Shown here piece after piece: positions 40,690-52,298 of a DNA stretch of 64,000 nucleotides (the first letter of the stretch is position 1; each line of letters starts with the position of its first letter). The position numbers and the translations under genes were made by a program. This stretch comes from Candidatus Gottesmanbacteria bacterium UBA6580 (GTDB lineage Bacteria; Patescibacteriota; Microgenomatia; UBA10105; UBA927): positions 104,630-168,629 of the forward strand of contig DJJA01000006.1 in NCBI GenBank assembly GCA_002433895.1, written 5' to 3'. Under the pieces are notes generated by a model, which ran no database searches, had not been told where the DNA came from, and saw only the letters and a program-made list of their open reading frames with translations.

Positions 40690-40701
40690 GGTTTCTTTTA
40701 C

Positions 40702-40720
40702 GCCCACATCGGGAGTGGGC
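40702..40720 (-). repeat. 19-bp palindromic REP-like element (second copy)
   Basis: Reverse complement identical to 23731-23749. Confidence 0.7.
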
Positions 40721-40729
40721 TTATGCAAA

Positions 40730-41935
40730 TTATGGTTTGTAGACGGATAGTGCTTTCGCGAGTAGCTCGACGCAGCGGCGGATAGACTTGGTGTTTAACA
40801 CATACGCTATCCGCACTTCATTTTTACCCATGCCCGGCGTCGCGTAAAACCCCGCAGCGGGAGCGATCATGACCGTTTCATTGTTATCCCGGAAATCGGT
40901 GAGTAGCCACTGGCAAAAATGTTCACTATCTTTCACCGGTAGTCCAACAATCGTATAAAACGCACCCTCCGGCTTTGGGATAACTACGCCGGGGATACCG
41001 CGCAGTCCTTCGTACAACGCGTCTCTGCGGTTTACATACTCGTTATGTACTTCCTTCATATAGGAATCAGGTACGTCAGTAAGTTTCGCGGCAATTGCCT
41101 GGTCAACTAACCCCGACGACAATCTCCCCTGCGCGATGGCAAGTACCCCACGCAATACGTCTGTATTGAGCGTCACCAGCGTCCCCAGCCGGACACCGCA
41201 CAAACTGTACCGCTTGGACATACTATCAAGCACAATCGCGCTATCGGGTATCTCCTGCATAAACCGAAGCAATGATACGTGTACCCTCCCGTCGTAGGTA
41301 TATTCCCGATACACTTCATCGGAAAGAAGGAATAACCCATGGGCTTTAGCGATATCGACAAGCATACGGATTTCATCTTCGGTATACGCCGTACCGGTGG
41401 GATTATTCGGATTACATATGAGAATCGCTTTCGTGCGGTCGGTAATTGCTGCCTCAATTGTTTTTTTGTCAGGCAGATGGAAACCGGTATCGGATGTCGT
41501 AAGTATCCCTTTCAGCGTGACGCCGTTTACTACGGCATATGAATTGTAATTGGTGTACAGTGGCTCAAAGGTAAGCACCTCGTCACCGGGATTACACGCA
41601 GCAAAAAGCGCCATAGAAATCGCTTCTGACCCCCCGGTAGTTACTTGGATATGTGGAGTTTCTAAAAATGTAAATCCCAACCGGTGATAATACCGGAGCA
41701 TCGCCTCCAAAAATCCGGGATTACCCTGTGACTGATCGTAGCCGATAGGATTTCTGTCCCACGTACGGAGTACTTCAAGCATAACGTCGGGTGTCTTAAT
41801 ATCAGGGTCGCCGATATTGAGATGATACACATGCACGCCTGCTTGTTTGGCGGCAACGGCAAATGGCACGAGCTTACGGATAGGGCTTGCGGGAACCTGA
41901 GCAAGCCGGTGTGAGACTGCGGTAGTTGCACTCAT
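40730..41935 (-). CDS. PLP-dependent aminotransferase class I (aspartate aminotransferase-like)
   Basis: LNIGDPD, GGSEA, NPNNPTG, SDEVY, SMSKRYSLCGVRLG. Confidence 0.92.
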   Translation of the reverse strand: MSATTAVSHRLAQVPASPIRKLVPFAVAAKQAGVHVYHLNIGDPDIKTPDVMLEVLRTWDRNPIGYDQSQGNPGFLEAMLRYYHRLGFTFLETPHIQVTTGGSEAISMALFAACNPGDEVLTFEPLYTNYNSYAVVNGVTLKGILTTSDTGFHLPDKKTIEAAITDRTKAILICNPNNPTGTAYTEDEIRMLVDIAKAHGLFLLSDEVYREYTYDGRVHVSLLRFMQEIPDSAIVLDSMSKRYSLCGVRLGTLVTLNTDVLRGVLAIAQGRLSSGLVDQAIAAKLTDVPDSYMKEVHNEYVNRRDALYEGLRGIPGVVIPKPEGAFYTIVGLPVKDSEHFCQWLLTDFRDNNETVMIAPAAGFYATPGMGKNEVRIAYVLNTKSIRRCVELLAKALSVYKP

Positions 41936-41985
41936 GTGGTTATTGTAGTCGGGAAGCGCACAAAAATCCAGAGAAGAAGCTACCC

Positions 41986-42405
41986 TCACCAATCACTAAA
42001 TAATTTACTCACTCTGTTTCGATTCTGAGGGGAAATTTTCATCGATCGCACCGCATCCCGAAGCTTCTCTTTATCACCGCTTTGTGCCCATATTTCGTGA
42101 ATGATATCGCCATCGCTCGCGCTGTTACGCGGGTGGAATGTCTGCTGCTTCATCTCGGCCGCGAGAGTAACGAGTAATCTGGCACGTTTGTCCGGCGGCA
42201 GCAGACCATTTGCGGCATAAACAAAATCAGCCCTGCCCCCGTCTAACAGGTAAACGTCGAACGTGGTAAACCATGACGCGTCTATTGGACGCCCATCAAC
42301 AAATGGCTGAAGCAATACAACTGACTGCCGGCGGTACCGGGTTCTGATCGTGATATCTTTGAGTACACCGAGCACTCTACCTGCTGTTGCTTCCAATAAA
42401 CCCAT
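41986..42405 (-). CDS. hypothetical protein (ORFan)
   Basis: 139-aa ORF, no family recognised. Confidence 0.5.
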   Translation of the reverse strand: MGLLEATAGRVLGVLKDITIRTRYRRQSVVLLQPFVDGRPIDASWFTTFDVYLLDGGRADFVYAANGLLPPDKRARLLVTLAAEMKQQTFHPRNSASDGDIIHEIWAQSGDKEKLRDAVRSMKISPQNRNRVSKLFSDW

Positions 42406-42502
42406 CGATAATTATCTTACCCGTATAATTACCAGATGCGCAATATCGCACACGCTAGTCTCATAGACACACGGGATTTCCCTATGTATAATATCGCACA
42501 TT

Positions 42503-43045
42503 ATGTTTAATGGAGAAAGTATTGTCATGCAGAAAGAGCGGTTGACGCAAGACACCAAATTTCTATTGCGTCATGGTGTTATCCCTTGGATGCCTCGGGC
42601 GTCTGTTGATATTACTCGAATTTCCCGTACGTCGTCGCCTCATCAGGTATTGTCGATCGCGGACACTATCTTCGAGACAGTGTACAGCTACCTACCCTCA
42701 AAAAATGGTCATGAAATGCGGTTGAGTTACCGGCGAGAATGGAGCGGTGTAAATCCCCGTCTTACCAGAAACGCGATACACGAGCTTTGTGCGAATTTAT
42801 TTACGCAACTCAAAGCATACGACGTTTCCCGAGAAATGTTCGGGTTCCGCATGCAGGTATTTGATGAGGTATTACCTTTCGTTTCTTCGAGACGCAAAAC
42901 GCTCATCGATATTCAAAGTGGAATAAGCACCAGGTTGGGAGACGGGCAACGTCATTATGATGGTGACGGCCAGTGGTCATTTAGCCAAATGAAAGGACTA
43001 CGAACACACACTGGACATTTCTATATCAGAGGTAACCGCACGTAA
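42503..43045 (+). CDS. hypothetical protein (ORFan)
   Basis: 180-aa ORF with TATAAT just upstream. Confidence 0.5.
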   Translation: MFNGESIVMQKERLTQDTKFLLRHGVIPWMPRASVDITRISRTSSPHQVLSIADTIFETVYSYLPSKNGHEMRLSYRREWSGVNPRLTRNAIHELCANLFTQLKAYDVSREMFGFRMQVFDEVLPFVSSRRKTLIDIQSGISTRLGDGQRHYDGDGQWSFSQMKGLRTHTGHFYIRGNRT

Positions 43046-43100
43046 AGGCGACGCACCAATACTCCTTTACCTTTCGCTTCCCCAACAAGCAGGGCGTCAA

Positions 43101-44467
<1,367 letters not shown>

Positions 44468-44479
<12 letters not shown>

Positions 44480-45016
44480 AAGGGGCAGGTAAAAGTGTAC
44501 TTCTCCAATATATTGTCCTTTAAACGCGATCGCCCCCGGTGTCACTCCCGCTTTCCGAAACCCCAACTTTTCGTACATATGAAGTGCCGGAGCATTTGTT
44601 TCAAAGCACGTTAACGTGAGCAATCGTAATCCGAGAACGCGCGCTTCGTCAATAAGGGATTTCATGAGCTCCGTCCCTATTCCTTCTCCACGGAATGCCG
44701 AACGGAGTGATAGGCCAATGTTCCCCACGTGACGATGCCTGCCTTTACCCCGGTTCACTCTGCCGTTTCCGGCAAACGCGCCCTGTACATATACCATGAG
44801 ATAAATGGACTCTCTTTCATTGACCTCACGGATCACCGCTTCAAAAAAGTCATGCTCTTCATTTTCTGTCGGTGGCGTATCGAGCGCGATGAATGTGTCT
44901 TCGCTGCCAATATCACACGCAAACGAAAACATGTCCGCAAAGTCGGTAACTTTGGGATAACGGAAAAGCACCTCATTTCCTTTTTTGCTGGTAAAGCGCT
45001 TCACGATGTCTGACAT
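44468..45016 (-). CDS. GNAT family N-acetyltransferase
   Basis: RGEGIG..L, N.PA..MYEKLGF. Confidence 0.9.
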
Positions 45017-45025
45017 GGCACGATA

Positions 45026-45967
45026 TTACAACTCAAGCGTCTGGTGATAATTTTCCTGATACCTTTTGATAAATTCTTCTTTTGTATAGTGGTGCGTTAC
45101 GGTACCGTACTTCTCTACCGTATAAACCGCAGCAACCGCTCCCATTTGACCCGCAACAAGCAAATCAAAGCCACGCAGGTATCCCGCGATAAATCCACCC
45201 CGGAACGCGTCCCCCGCGCCGGTAGGATCGGATACATTTTTGGGCTTTGCGGGTTTTATATGAATTGCTTCCTTACGGGTTTCCACTATCGCCCCTTTCG
45301 ACCCGAGTGTGGTAATTACCGCCTTTGGTCCCATAACCAGCAACTCTTCATGGGATATCTCTAATTTTTGTTCAATAAGCGAAATCTCATAGTCATTACC
45401 GATAAGAAGCTCTGCTTTCTCTATCGCGGTACGTAACTCTTCGGGTGAAAAATTGCCGATCTGAAACGCAGGGTCGTACATGTATGGGTAACCCAAATTC
45501 TGACACTCGGTCACATATTTTTTCATCGCATCTGGATCATTGGGACCGATAATGACCAACCGGGGTGCTGTCTCCTGTTTGAGGGAAAGGTCTTTGTTGT
45601 AACGCGTAGCTCCCGTGTAAAAAGCGCCTATCTGGTTGTCATCGCTATCGGTGATAACGTGATAACTTCCACACGGCTCATCACGTACTTCATGTATGCC
45701 GGCGTGCGGTATACCGTGCTTTTCTAAAAACTCCCGGTACTCGGAAAAATCATTCCCGGCGGTGGCGACAATGTATGGCTCAGCACCCAACAACCGCAGC
45801 GTATACGCAAGGTTGCCCGCGGTGCCCCCCAAATTTTTTGATAACTTATCGGCAAAAAACGAAAGGGATATTTGATGTAGTTTATCCGGCATGATCCGGT
45901 CGGCAAACCGGCCGGTAAAATTCATAATATAGTCATATCCCAGTGAACCGGTGACTATTTCCTTCAT
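45026..45967 (-). CDS. PfkB family nucleoside/adenosine kinase
   Basis: GS..YDYIM, GG.AGN.AY, NDYE, DPTGAGDAFRGG; same orientation as and close to ahcY. Confidence 0.88.
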   Translation of the reverse strand: MKEIVTGSLGYDYIMNFTGRFADRIMPDKLHQISLSFFADKLSKNLGGTAGNLAYTLRLLGAEPYIVATAGNDFSEYREFLEKHGIPHAGIHEVRDEPCGSYHVITDSDDNQIGAFYTGATRYNKDLSLKQETAPRLVIIGPNDPDAMKKYVTECQNLGYPYMYDPAFQIGNFSPEELRTAIEKAELLIGNDYEISLIEQKLEISHEELLVMGPKAVITTLGSKGAIVETRKEAIHIKPAKPKNVSDPTGAGDAFRGGFIAGYLRGFDLLVAGQMGAVAAVYTVEKYGTVTHHYTKEEFIKRYQENYHQTLEL

Positions 45968-45983
45968 GCTTGTACGGCTGACG

Positions 45984-46250
45984 TTATTGTTGGAAATTTT
46001 TGGAGATTTCCGCCAGCTTCATCGCTGCCGCTTGTTGACTCTTTTTGATCGCCTCGTTTAATGCTGCCTGCACGTCACTATTCTGTACACCGTCAATTTC
46101 TACGGTTTTTACATTCTGGTTTCCGGAAATAACGATCCGTACATTCCCTTTGGTCACTTCAAACTCTTCCTGCTCTAATGCCTGTTGAATTTGTAACGCC
46201 TGCTTACGCATCGCGTTCACGTCCCCTAATGCTTTAAATGGATTAAACAT
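45984..46250 (-). CDS. ybaB: YbaB/EbfC nucleoid-associated protein
   Basis: A..IQ..L, V.I.ISG, ALNEA; directly downstream of dnaX. Confidence 0.85.
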   Translation of the reverse strand: MFNPFKALGDVNAMRKQALQIQQALEQEEFEVTKGNVRIVISGNQNVKTVEIDGVQNSDVQAALNEAIKKSQQAAAMKLAEISKNFQQ

Positions 46251-46281
46251 ATATCCTCCTTCACTCCGATCATATCGGAGA

Positions 46282-47742
46282 TTATTTTTTACCTAACACA
46301 ATTTCTATTTTAACTTTCTCGCCGAATAATTTCTTGAGTACATCAGACAACACTTGTTTTGTATGAATATCGGCAAGTTTTTCCTGATGAAACTTATAAA
46401 ACGCCTCGATGGTCACTATACCACCATTGACACTCTTTGGTCTAGAGGACCGTAAAACTCCTGCGACCGAGTGATTAAACGGCTTTGTCGCGGTGATAAA
46501 ATCTGACCAATGATCCAATAACTTTTCCTGCGTTAAAAGCCCGAGCGACGCAACTTCGGGTTCGTCCGCGGGTACCGCTACGGGAGGTGCGTGCTGGGCT
46601 GGCGGCACTGGTTTTGCGGCAACCGGAGGTACTGCCGGAGGCGTGCTTGTCTTTGGTGCAAGAGCAGGTGGTACGGAAGCCACAGCGGCCGGCTGCACTC
46701 CTGCTTGTGGCGCTGGTGCCTGGAACGACTCAATGACAGCTAGCTCCAACGGAAGTTCTGGTATCGGGCTATACCGGAGCTCGCTATATGCCCGGGTGAG
46801 TAAATGGATAATTCGCTCAATATTTTTCGTATCCGGTGAAATATTTTTTTCGCTCACCCGGCTTAAAAGTTCTTTATGCAAATACTGCAGTACATCGATG
46901 AGAAACGAACGGATATCCGCGCCTTCCGAAACCGCACCATGTATGTGTGTCAGCGCTTTTGCAACATCCGCTCCCTTACCATACAGAAACGACACAAACA
47001 GCGCGACGTTATGGCTTGTCGACAATGAAAGCACCGAGTCTATATGGGCAATTTCGATTTTTCCTTTGCCGAAACTCACTTGCTCTAAAAATTTCACGGC
47101 ATCCCGAAACGCACCGTCTGCCACCTCTATAATCCGCTGCAATGCTTCGTCTGAGATGGAAATCTTTTCCGATTTCACTACCCGCTGCAGTGCGTGCAAC
47201 AGTTCTTCTTTTGACGCTTTGGCAAATTTGATCACCATACACCGCGAGGTGATAGTCGGCGGCACTTTATGCGCGTCTGTCGTCGCCAACACAAATATCG
47301 CGTGGCTTGGCGGCTCTTCGAGGGTTTTCAGCAAGGCATTAAACGCCTCGGTCGTTAACATGTGCACCTCGTCGATAATATAAATCGTGTAGGCAGATGA
47401 CACCGGGGAAAGGCCAATACGCTCACGCAGCTGTCTGATCTCATCAATACCACGATTGCTGGCAGCATCCATCTCGATGACGTCAAGGCTCGTGCCAGCT
47501 GCGATACTTTCACACTGCTCACACTTACCGCACGGGCCGGTTTTCGTGGATTTTTCACAGTTAAATAATTTGGCGATTACCCGGGCGGCGGTCGTCTTCC
47601 CCGTCCCCTTAGGTCCGGCAAAAAAATACGCGTGCGGCAAATCCTTACGGTCTTTAGAAAGCAGCGCTAACAACTGCGCGCGCACGTTTGCGTTGTCTAT
47701 TTCATCGATTATCTGCGGCCGGTATGTTCTATAAAACGACAT
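46282..47742 (-). CDS. dnaX: DNA polymerase III subunit gamma/tau
   Basis: YR.YRP, GPKGTGKT, EMDAASNRG, DEVHMLT.EAFNALLKTLEEPP, SRC. Confidence 0.96.
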   Translation of the reverse strand: MSFYRTYRPQIIDEIDNANVRAQLLALLSKDRKDLPHAYFFAGPKGTGKTTAARVIAKLFNCEKSTKTGPCGKCEQCESIAAGTSLDVIEMDAASNRGIDEIRQLRERIGLSPVSSAYTIYIIDEVHMLTTEAFNALLKTLEEPPSHAIFVLATTDAHKVPPTITSRCMVIKFAKASKEELLHALQRVVKSEKISISDEALQRIIEVADGAFRDAVKFLEQVSFGKGKIEIAHIDSVLSLSTSHNVALFVSFLYGKGADVAKALTHIHGAVSEGADIRSFLIDVLQYLHKELLSRVSEKNISPDTKNIERIIHLLTRAYSELRYSPIPELPLELAVIESFQAPAPQAGVQPAAVASVPPALAPKTSTPPAVPPVAAKPVPPAQHAPPVAVPADEPEVASLGLLTQEKLLDHWSDFITATKPFNHSVAGVLRSSRPKSVNGGIVTIEAFYKFHQEKLADIHTKQVLSDVLKKLFGEKVKIEIVLGKK

Positions 47743-47864
47743 AATACAGTAAATAGTTTATAGTGCACTCGACGATTATTAGCAATATCCGGACCAAGAG
47801 GTACACGTTCAGGGAAAATGAGGAAGCCGCGAGAAAAACCGGAACGTTTTATCCCACGGTATCA

Positions 47865-48260
47865 TTACTCCTCGTGGTGGTTCCCTAGTAAATGCTCAAG
47901 TCCATGAAGCACTAATTCGATGAGTTTATCGTCGACCATTTTGTTTTCTTCAGTTGCTTCCCGGACGGCCTCTGGATACGAAACAACAATGTCACCCAAA
48001 CGAAGGATACCGTCGGGAACCTCAACAAACGGCTTCATCGGCTGCGAAGGATCATGTTGGGGAAACGATAATACGTCGGTCGTGGCATCTAATTTTCGGT
48101 AATTCTTGTTTAGCTCACGCATCCTGCGGTCACCCACCACAATAATGCTCAACTCCGCGTCACTTTTTATCCTCCCCTGCAGCGACTGAGTAACGGCACC
48201 GGTGATGACCGATTTTTTTACCGGAAAATGTGATTCTGTTTGAAAAAGAACAGTTATCAT
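47865..48260 (-). CDS. ybeY: rRNA maturation endoribonuclease YbeY
   Basis: LN..YR..D..TDVLSF, LGDI, HG.EHLLG..H. Confidence 0.93.
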   Translation of the reverse strand: MITVLFQTESHFPVKKSVITGAVTQSLQGRIKSDAELSIIVVGDRRMRELNKNYRKLDATTDVLSFPQHDPSQPMKPFVEVPDGILRLGDIVVSYPEAVREATEENKMVDDKLIELVLHGLEHLLGNHHEE

Positions 48261-48292
48261 GGGCGTGACTAGTACAATATATCAATTCGGGA

Positions 48293-48739
48293 TTATTTGG
48301 AAGAGAGTAGCTGCTTCAATATTGCAGACACCCGGCTGCCATCTGCCTGACCCTTGACTGCTGCCATCGCCCGCCCCATAAGGGGCCCAAAGTCACCGCC
48401 GGCCGCGGCGACCGGAGCAATAAGCGCGGTAAGCTCTTCGTCAGACAGCTGCTTCGGGATGTACTGCTCAAGGATCGCAAGCTGTGCCTGTTCGTTTTTA
48501 GCAAGCTCTGGGCGGTTTGCTTTGGTAAACGCGTCGACTGACTCTGTATGCGTTTTTACCTGTTTTTTAATCACGTCCAAAACATCAGCGTCAGTAATTT
48601 TTGCCTCACCGTCGGCACCATATTTCGCAATGGCCACATTCCTCACTGCAGCCAAAAGAAACCGTAATGTATCTACGGTTACGGCATCATGCGCCTTCAT
48701 AGCAGTGGTTACCTGTGATCGGATGTCATCCAATAACAT
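48293..48739 (-). CDS. GatB/YqeY domain protein
   Basis: AMKA, LR, K..ES..F....R.EL, Y.P.QLS, G.ADG. Confidence 0.92.
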   Translation of the reverse strand: MLLDDIRSQVTTAMKAHDAVTVDTLRFLLAAVRNVAIAKYGADGEAKITDADVLDVIKKQVKTHTESVDAFTKANRPELAKNEQAQLAILEQYIPKQLSDEELTALIAPVAAAGGDFGPLMGRAMAAVKGQADGSRVSAILKQLLSSK

Positions 48740-48745
48740 AAGAAA

Positions 48746-48943
48746 TTACCGCATTGCTAATTTACGGTTCCTCTTCAGTCGGCGGGAAAGCTCTTTCTTC
48801 TGCTCTTTGCGTTTTTCAGCCGGCTTGACGTAATGCTCGCGCTTTTTCAAATCCTGCAATATACCTTCATTGAGGACTTTACGCATAAACTTGCGGATTA
48901 ACGCGTCTGATGTGTCGCCTGGTTGTGCTTTTACAAATACCAT
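48746..48943 (-). CDS. rpsU: 30S ribosomal protein S21
   Basis: LIRKF.RKV..EGI..D.KKRE.YVKP; upstream of yqeY. Confidence 0.9.
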   Translation of the reverse strand: MVFVKAQPGDTSDALIRKFMRKVLNEGILQDLKKREHYVKPAEKRKEQKKELSRRLKRNRKLAMR

Positions 48944-49018
48944 AAATACATACACCTCATTTCCTTTTTGCCATCCCGGTTCATGTACCGGAGCCTCACG
49001 ATGATGACAACACTCCCT

Positions 49019-49432
49019 TTACTTCAGGTTTGCCTTAATAGCGTTTGCTACTGAAACAAAATCCTTATTATGTAACGGCTTACCCGGGAGTGATTGCATT
49101 ATACCACCACCGTCACCCTCAAAGCGAGGCATAATATGAATATGCAGATGCTTCACCCCTTGCGGCTCCCCGTGATTTATCCCTATCGATAATATCTGGG
49201 TGCCATATGTTTTCTCAATTGCCGCGGCAACCTTTTTTGCGGCCGACCATAACACCCCCAATTCGTCGTTGGTGTAGTCATGAATAGTAGCGCCATGCTT
49301 TTTGAGTATTACCATCGCGTGCCCGTCTGTAGCACCAAAAATATCCAAAAAACTCCGGGTATCCGCGTCTTCGTAGACCGTATATGAAGGAATATCGTTT
49401 GCCACCAGCTTACAAAAAATACACCCGTTCAT
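49019..49432 (-). CDS. HIT family nucleotide hydrolase
   Basis: CIFCK, VYED, GH, HLHIHIMPR. Confidence 0.93.
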   Translation of the reverse strand: MNGCIFCKLVANDIPSYTVYEDADTRSFLDIFGATDGHAMVILKKHGATIHDYTNDELGVLWSAAKKVAAAIEKTYGTQILSIGINHGEPQGVKHLHIHIMPRFEGDGGGIMQSLPGKPLHNKDFVSVANAIKANLK

Positions 49433-50259
49433 TTGCACACCTCCTGTATGACACTCACAAGATCCGCGAGGCTCCGCTGTGAAGGTTTCATGTCGGGATT
49501 TTTCGCGCTCCCGTTTAATATCATGTGGTGTGAAGCATGGAGAAACCACGTCGCGTCAGGCTCATCACTTTTAAGACGTTCGTAAAGCTCAGAGAGATCA
49601 ATCTCTTCTTTCGGAAGTGTTTTAATCCGCACGTATCCTTTTTTCGGATCCTTCCGGATAACGATAGAAAACCCCCGTTTCTGTGCCTGATGGATCACCT
49701 CATCATTCACCGTTTCAAAACCAGCGCCTTTCCCCCACTTGGTAGAAAACTCCATTGCGGTGAGCATTTCTTTTTCTGCCCACATTTTATTAAGCAGCAC
49801 TTTATAAATTCCGTCGAGCGACTGAAATCCCAGCTCCATGATTTTCGTCGGATTTTCTCCGTGAAGCAGCCGCCATCCGTCGATTTGCGCGACGATCCAA
49901 AATTCCCAATAATCGGCAGCCGCGTTGGGATAAAACACCTCCCGGAAATGATCAACATCATTCACTACCGCGACCATACGCTCCAACACTGGATCCACCC
50001 CGTGTAGCCTTGCGATTTCTTCGTATACCAACCGGGCAGCGCAGGTATCTGCGTCAGTCTGGTGGTGGTCAAATTTTCCAAATCCGGTATCAACGTGGAT
50101 AATTTCCGGATCGCTATCCGGACTCATCTTATTGAGTGTGGTGCCGGCAGGAACGAACGCGAGGAGTGCTTCTTCCCAACCCGGGAAAAATGTCTTTACC
50201 AGCCAGGTGCTCGTGATAGCATCCAAATCCGGACCAATATGGGTAACAATCGTTTTCAT
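49429..50259 (-). CDS. DHH-like phosphoesterase
   Basis: TH..PDLDA, VD.G...FDHHQ, CAA.LV. Confidence 0.7.
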   Translation of the reverse strand: MKTIVTHIGPDLDAITSTWLVKTFFPGWEEALLAFVPAGTTLNKMSPDSDPEIIHVDTGFGKFDHHQTDADTCAARLVYEEIARLHGVDPVLERMVAVVNDVDHFREVFYPNAAADYWEFWIVAQIDGWRLLHGENPTKIMELGFQSLDGIYKVLLNKMWAEKEMLTAMEFSTKWGKGAGFETVNDEVIHQAQKRGFSIVIRKDPKKGYVRIKTLPKEEIDLSELYERLKSDEPDATWFLHASHHMILNGSAKNPDMKPSQRSLADLVSVIQEVCK

Positions 50260-50274
50260 ATGTGTTGAGAAGTA

Positions 50275-50760
50275 TTATACCTTACTTTGTACGCGCGGGG
50301 GTTGTCCTGCCATTATCTTGGTAACGATTTCATCTACCCGCTGCTCTGCCACTTTCCCTTTTGCGGAAACGATACGCTTCCCCTCAGGGTTTTTAGATAA
50401 ATACGAGCGCCATTCCTTGGCAGACTTGCGTATTTTACTCCGTTCCTTGGCGGCAGGACTTCTGCCAGAAAACATAACGATAATTGGCGCGTAAAACCAC
50501 AATTGGGTAAGTTTTGATAACGCGTGCCACCGCCCTTGATCACGGAAATTATCGTCTACCTGGCTCATTTTTTCCGGAGCGGCCAATTTTGCTCTCTCAA
50601 ATGCTTCCCACGACTCGCCGTACGGGATAGCCGATTGGATTTTGCCGATCTGCCGGACAACCTCCTTGGACACCGGGCCTGACGGATGAAACAGGTAATC
50701 GAGCTTTGCCTGGATACGTTCACCAAGGCTTGGTCTTCTGTACTCCGCGTTTTCTGCCAT
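50275..50760 (-). CDS. hypothetical protein (ORFan)
   Basis: ORF directly downstream of proS. Confidence 0.5.
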   Translation of the reverse strand: MAENAEYRRPSLGERIQAKLDYLFHPSGPVSKEVVRQIGKIQSAIPYGESWEAFERAKLAAPEKMSQVDDNFRDQGRWHALSKLTQLWFYAPIIVMFSGRSPAAKERSKIRKSAKEWRSYLSKNPEGKRIVSAKGKVAEQRVDEIVTKIMAGQPPRVQSKV

Positions 50761-50768
50761 ATAATTGG

Positions 50769-52217
50769 TTAGTATGACTGCCCGAACAGCCACCGGTGTA
50801 CGGCTGGCTTCCCACAGTGCACACACACTCCTTCTTCTTCAGGAGCAGTCAACGGCAGACAACGGGTGGCAGCCTTCGTCTTTTCCTTAATCGCAGCTTC
50901 ACACGGTGCTTCTTCGCACCAGAACGCCCGGATAAATCCACGGTTCGTTTTCATAATGTCCTCAAAATCAGAAAATTCAACGACATCACGCGTGTTGCTT
51001 TCCAGAAAATTCTTTGCCGTGGCGTAGAGCGATTTTTGGATATCCTCGAGCATTTTTTCAATTTTCGGGATCATTTCCCGCCGCTCTACGACAATCTTTT
51101 CGCCTGTATCGCGGCGCGCCATGGTCACCGTCCTATCAGTCATCTCTTTCATACCCACTTCCAGCCGCACGGGTACGCCTTTTACTTCCCATTCGTTAAA
51201 CTTGCGGCCGACTGACTGGCTATCCCGGTCGTCAAGCCGTGTGCGCACGCCCTGACCGACCAAGGCATCACGTATCTCGCCGCAATAATCCAGAAGTGCC
51301 TCACGCCCTTCATCGCCGCGCGAAATAGGCACTACCACGACCTGCGTAGACGCGATTTTCGGTGGCAGTACTAACCCGTTATCATCACCATGGGTGAGGA
51401 ACAACCCTCCCAGACTCCGGGTAGAAAACCCAAATGAGGTCTGCCAGACAAACTCGGAGGCTCCTTCGCGGGTCTGGAAAGAAATATTAAAAGATTTCGA
51501 GAAATTTTGCCCCAAGTTATGACTTGTCCCTCCTTGGAGTGCTTTGCCGTCCGGCATAAGTGCTTCTACCGTAAACGTGGTTTTGGCTCCGGCAAATTTC
51601 TCTGTTTCGCTTTTCCGTCCCATTATGACGGGTACGGCGAAATAATCCTCGTAAATCTGGCGGTACCAATCAAGCGCTTTCATCACCGTCGCCACGGCTT
51701 CTTTTTCGGTTTCATGGGCGGTGTGCCCCTCCTGCCATAAAAACTCAGTTGTCCGCAAGAAAAGATAGGTACGTTTTTCCCACCTGACTACGTTATTCCA
51801 CTGATTGATCAGGACCGGCAGATCGCGCCAACTATGTACCCATTTGGAATACATATCGTACATAATTGTCTCGGACGTCGGGCGGACAACCAGCGGATCT
51901 TTGAGTTTCTCGCCCCCTCCCACTGTTACCACCGCAAGCTCAGGGGAAAATCCTTCTACATGCTGCTTTTCTTTCTCGAGGAGCGACATGGGGATAAACA
52001 ACGGAAAATACGCGTTTTCGATACCCGCTGAACGCATCATACGGTTCAATGCCTCCTGTACCGATTCCCACAACGCATAACCATATGGTCGGATAACCAT
52101 ACAGCCTTTTACCGGGGCATAATCGGCTATCCCCGCTTTCAGTATGACGTCGGTATACCACGCAGATAAATCATCGCTTTTTTTCTTCAGTTCCTTTTTT
52201 TCGAATGCTGGTTTCAT
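50769..52217 (-). CDS. proS: proline--tRNA ligase (archaeal/eukaryal type)
   Basis: HVEGFSPE, RPTSET, RWE...FLRT.EFLWQEGH, SH.LGQNF, C-terminal Cys cluster. Confidence 0.97.
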   Translation of the reverse strand: MKPAFEKKELKKKSDDLSAWYTDVILKAGIADYAPVKGCMVIRPYGYALWESVQEALNRMMRSAGIENAYFPLFIPMSLLEKEKQHVEGFSPELAVVTVGGGEKLKDPLVVRPTSETIMYDMYSKWVHSWRDLPVLINQWNNVVRWEKRTYLFLRTTEFLWQEGHTAHETEKEAVATVMKALDWYRQIYEDYFAVPVIMGRKSETEKFAGAKTTFTVEALMPDGKALQGGTSHNLGQNFSKSFNISFQTREGASEFVWQTSFGFSTRSLGGLFLTHGDDNGLVLPPKIASTQVVVVPISRGDEGREALLDYCGEIRDALVGQGVRTRLDDRDSQSVGRKFNEWEVKGVPVRLEVGMKEMTDRTVTMARRDTGEKIVVERREMIPKIEKMLEDIQKSLYATAKNFLESNTRDVVEFSDFEDIMKTNRGFIRAFWCEEAPCEAAIKEKTKAATRCLPLTAPEEEGVCVHCGKPAVHRWLFGQSY

Positions 52218-52218
52218 A

Positions 52219-52298
52219 TGTTTACTGTTGACATGTAACGATTAACTTTTAACAAGAAATTCTGGTTAACTGTTAATTGTTAAATGTTCATTGTTAAT
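52219..52298. repeat. 7-nt periodic two-armed repeat element, copy 3
   Basis: tgtttac tgttgac atgtaac gattaac ttttaac ... ggttaac tgttaat tgttaaa tgttcat tgttaat. Confidence 0.8.

Noticed and set aside
46282-47864. dnaX programmed frameshift and an SRP RNA upstream of dnaX
   Set aside because: No A-AAA-AAG site with a hairpin was seen, and the spacer lacks the SRP domain IV motif in a proper stem
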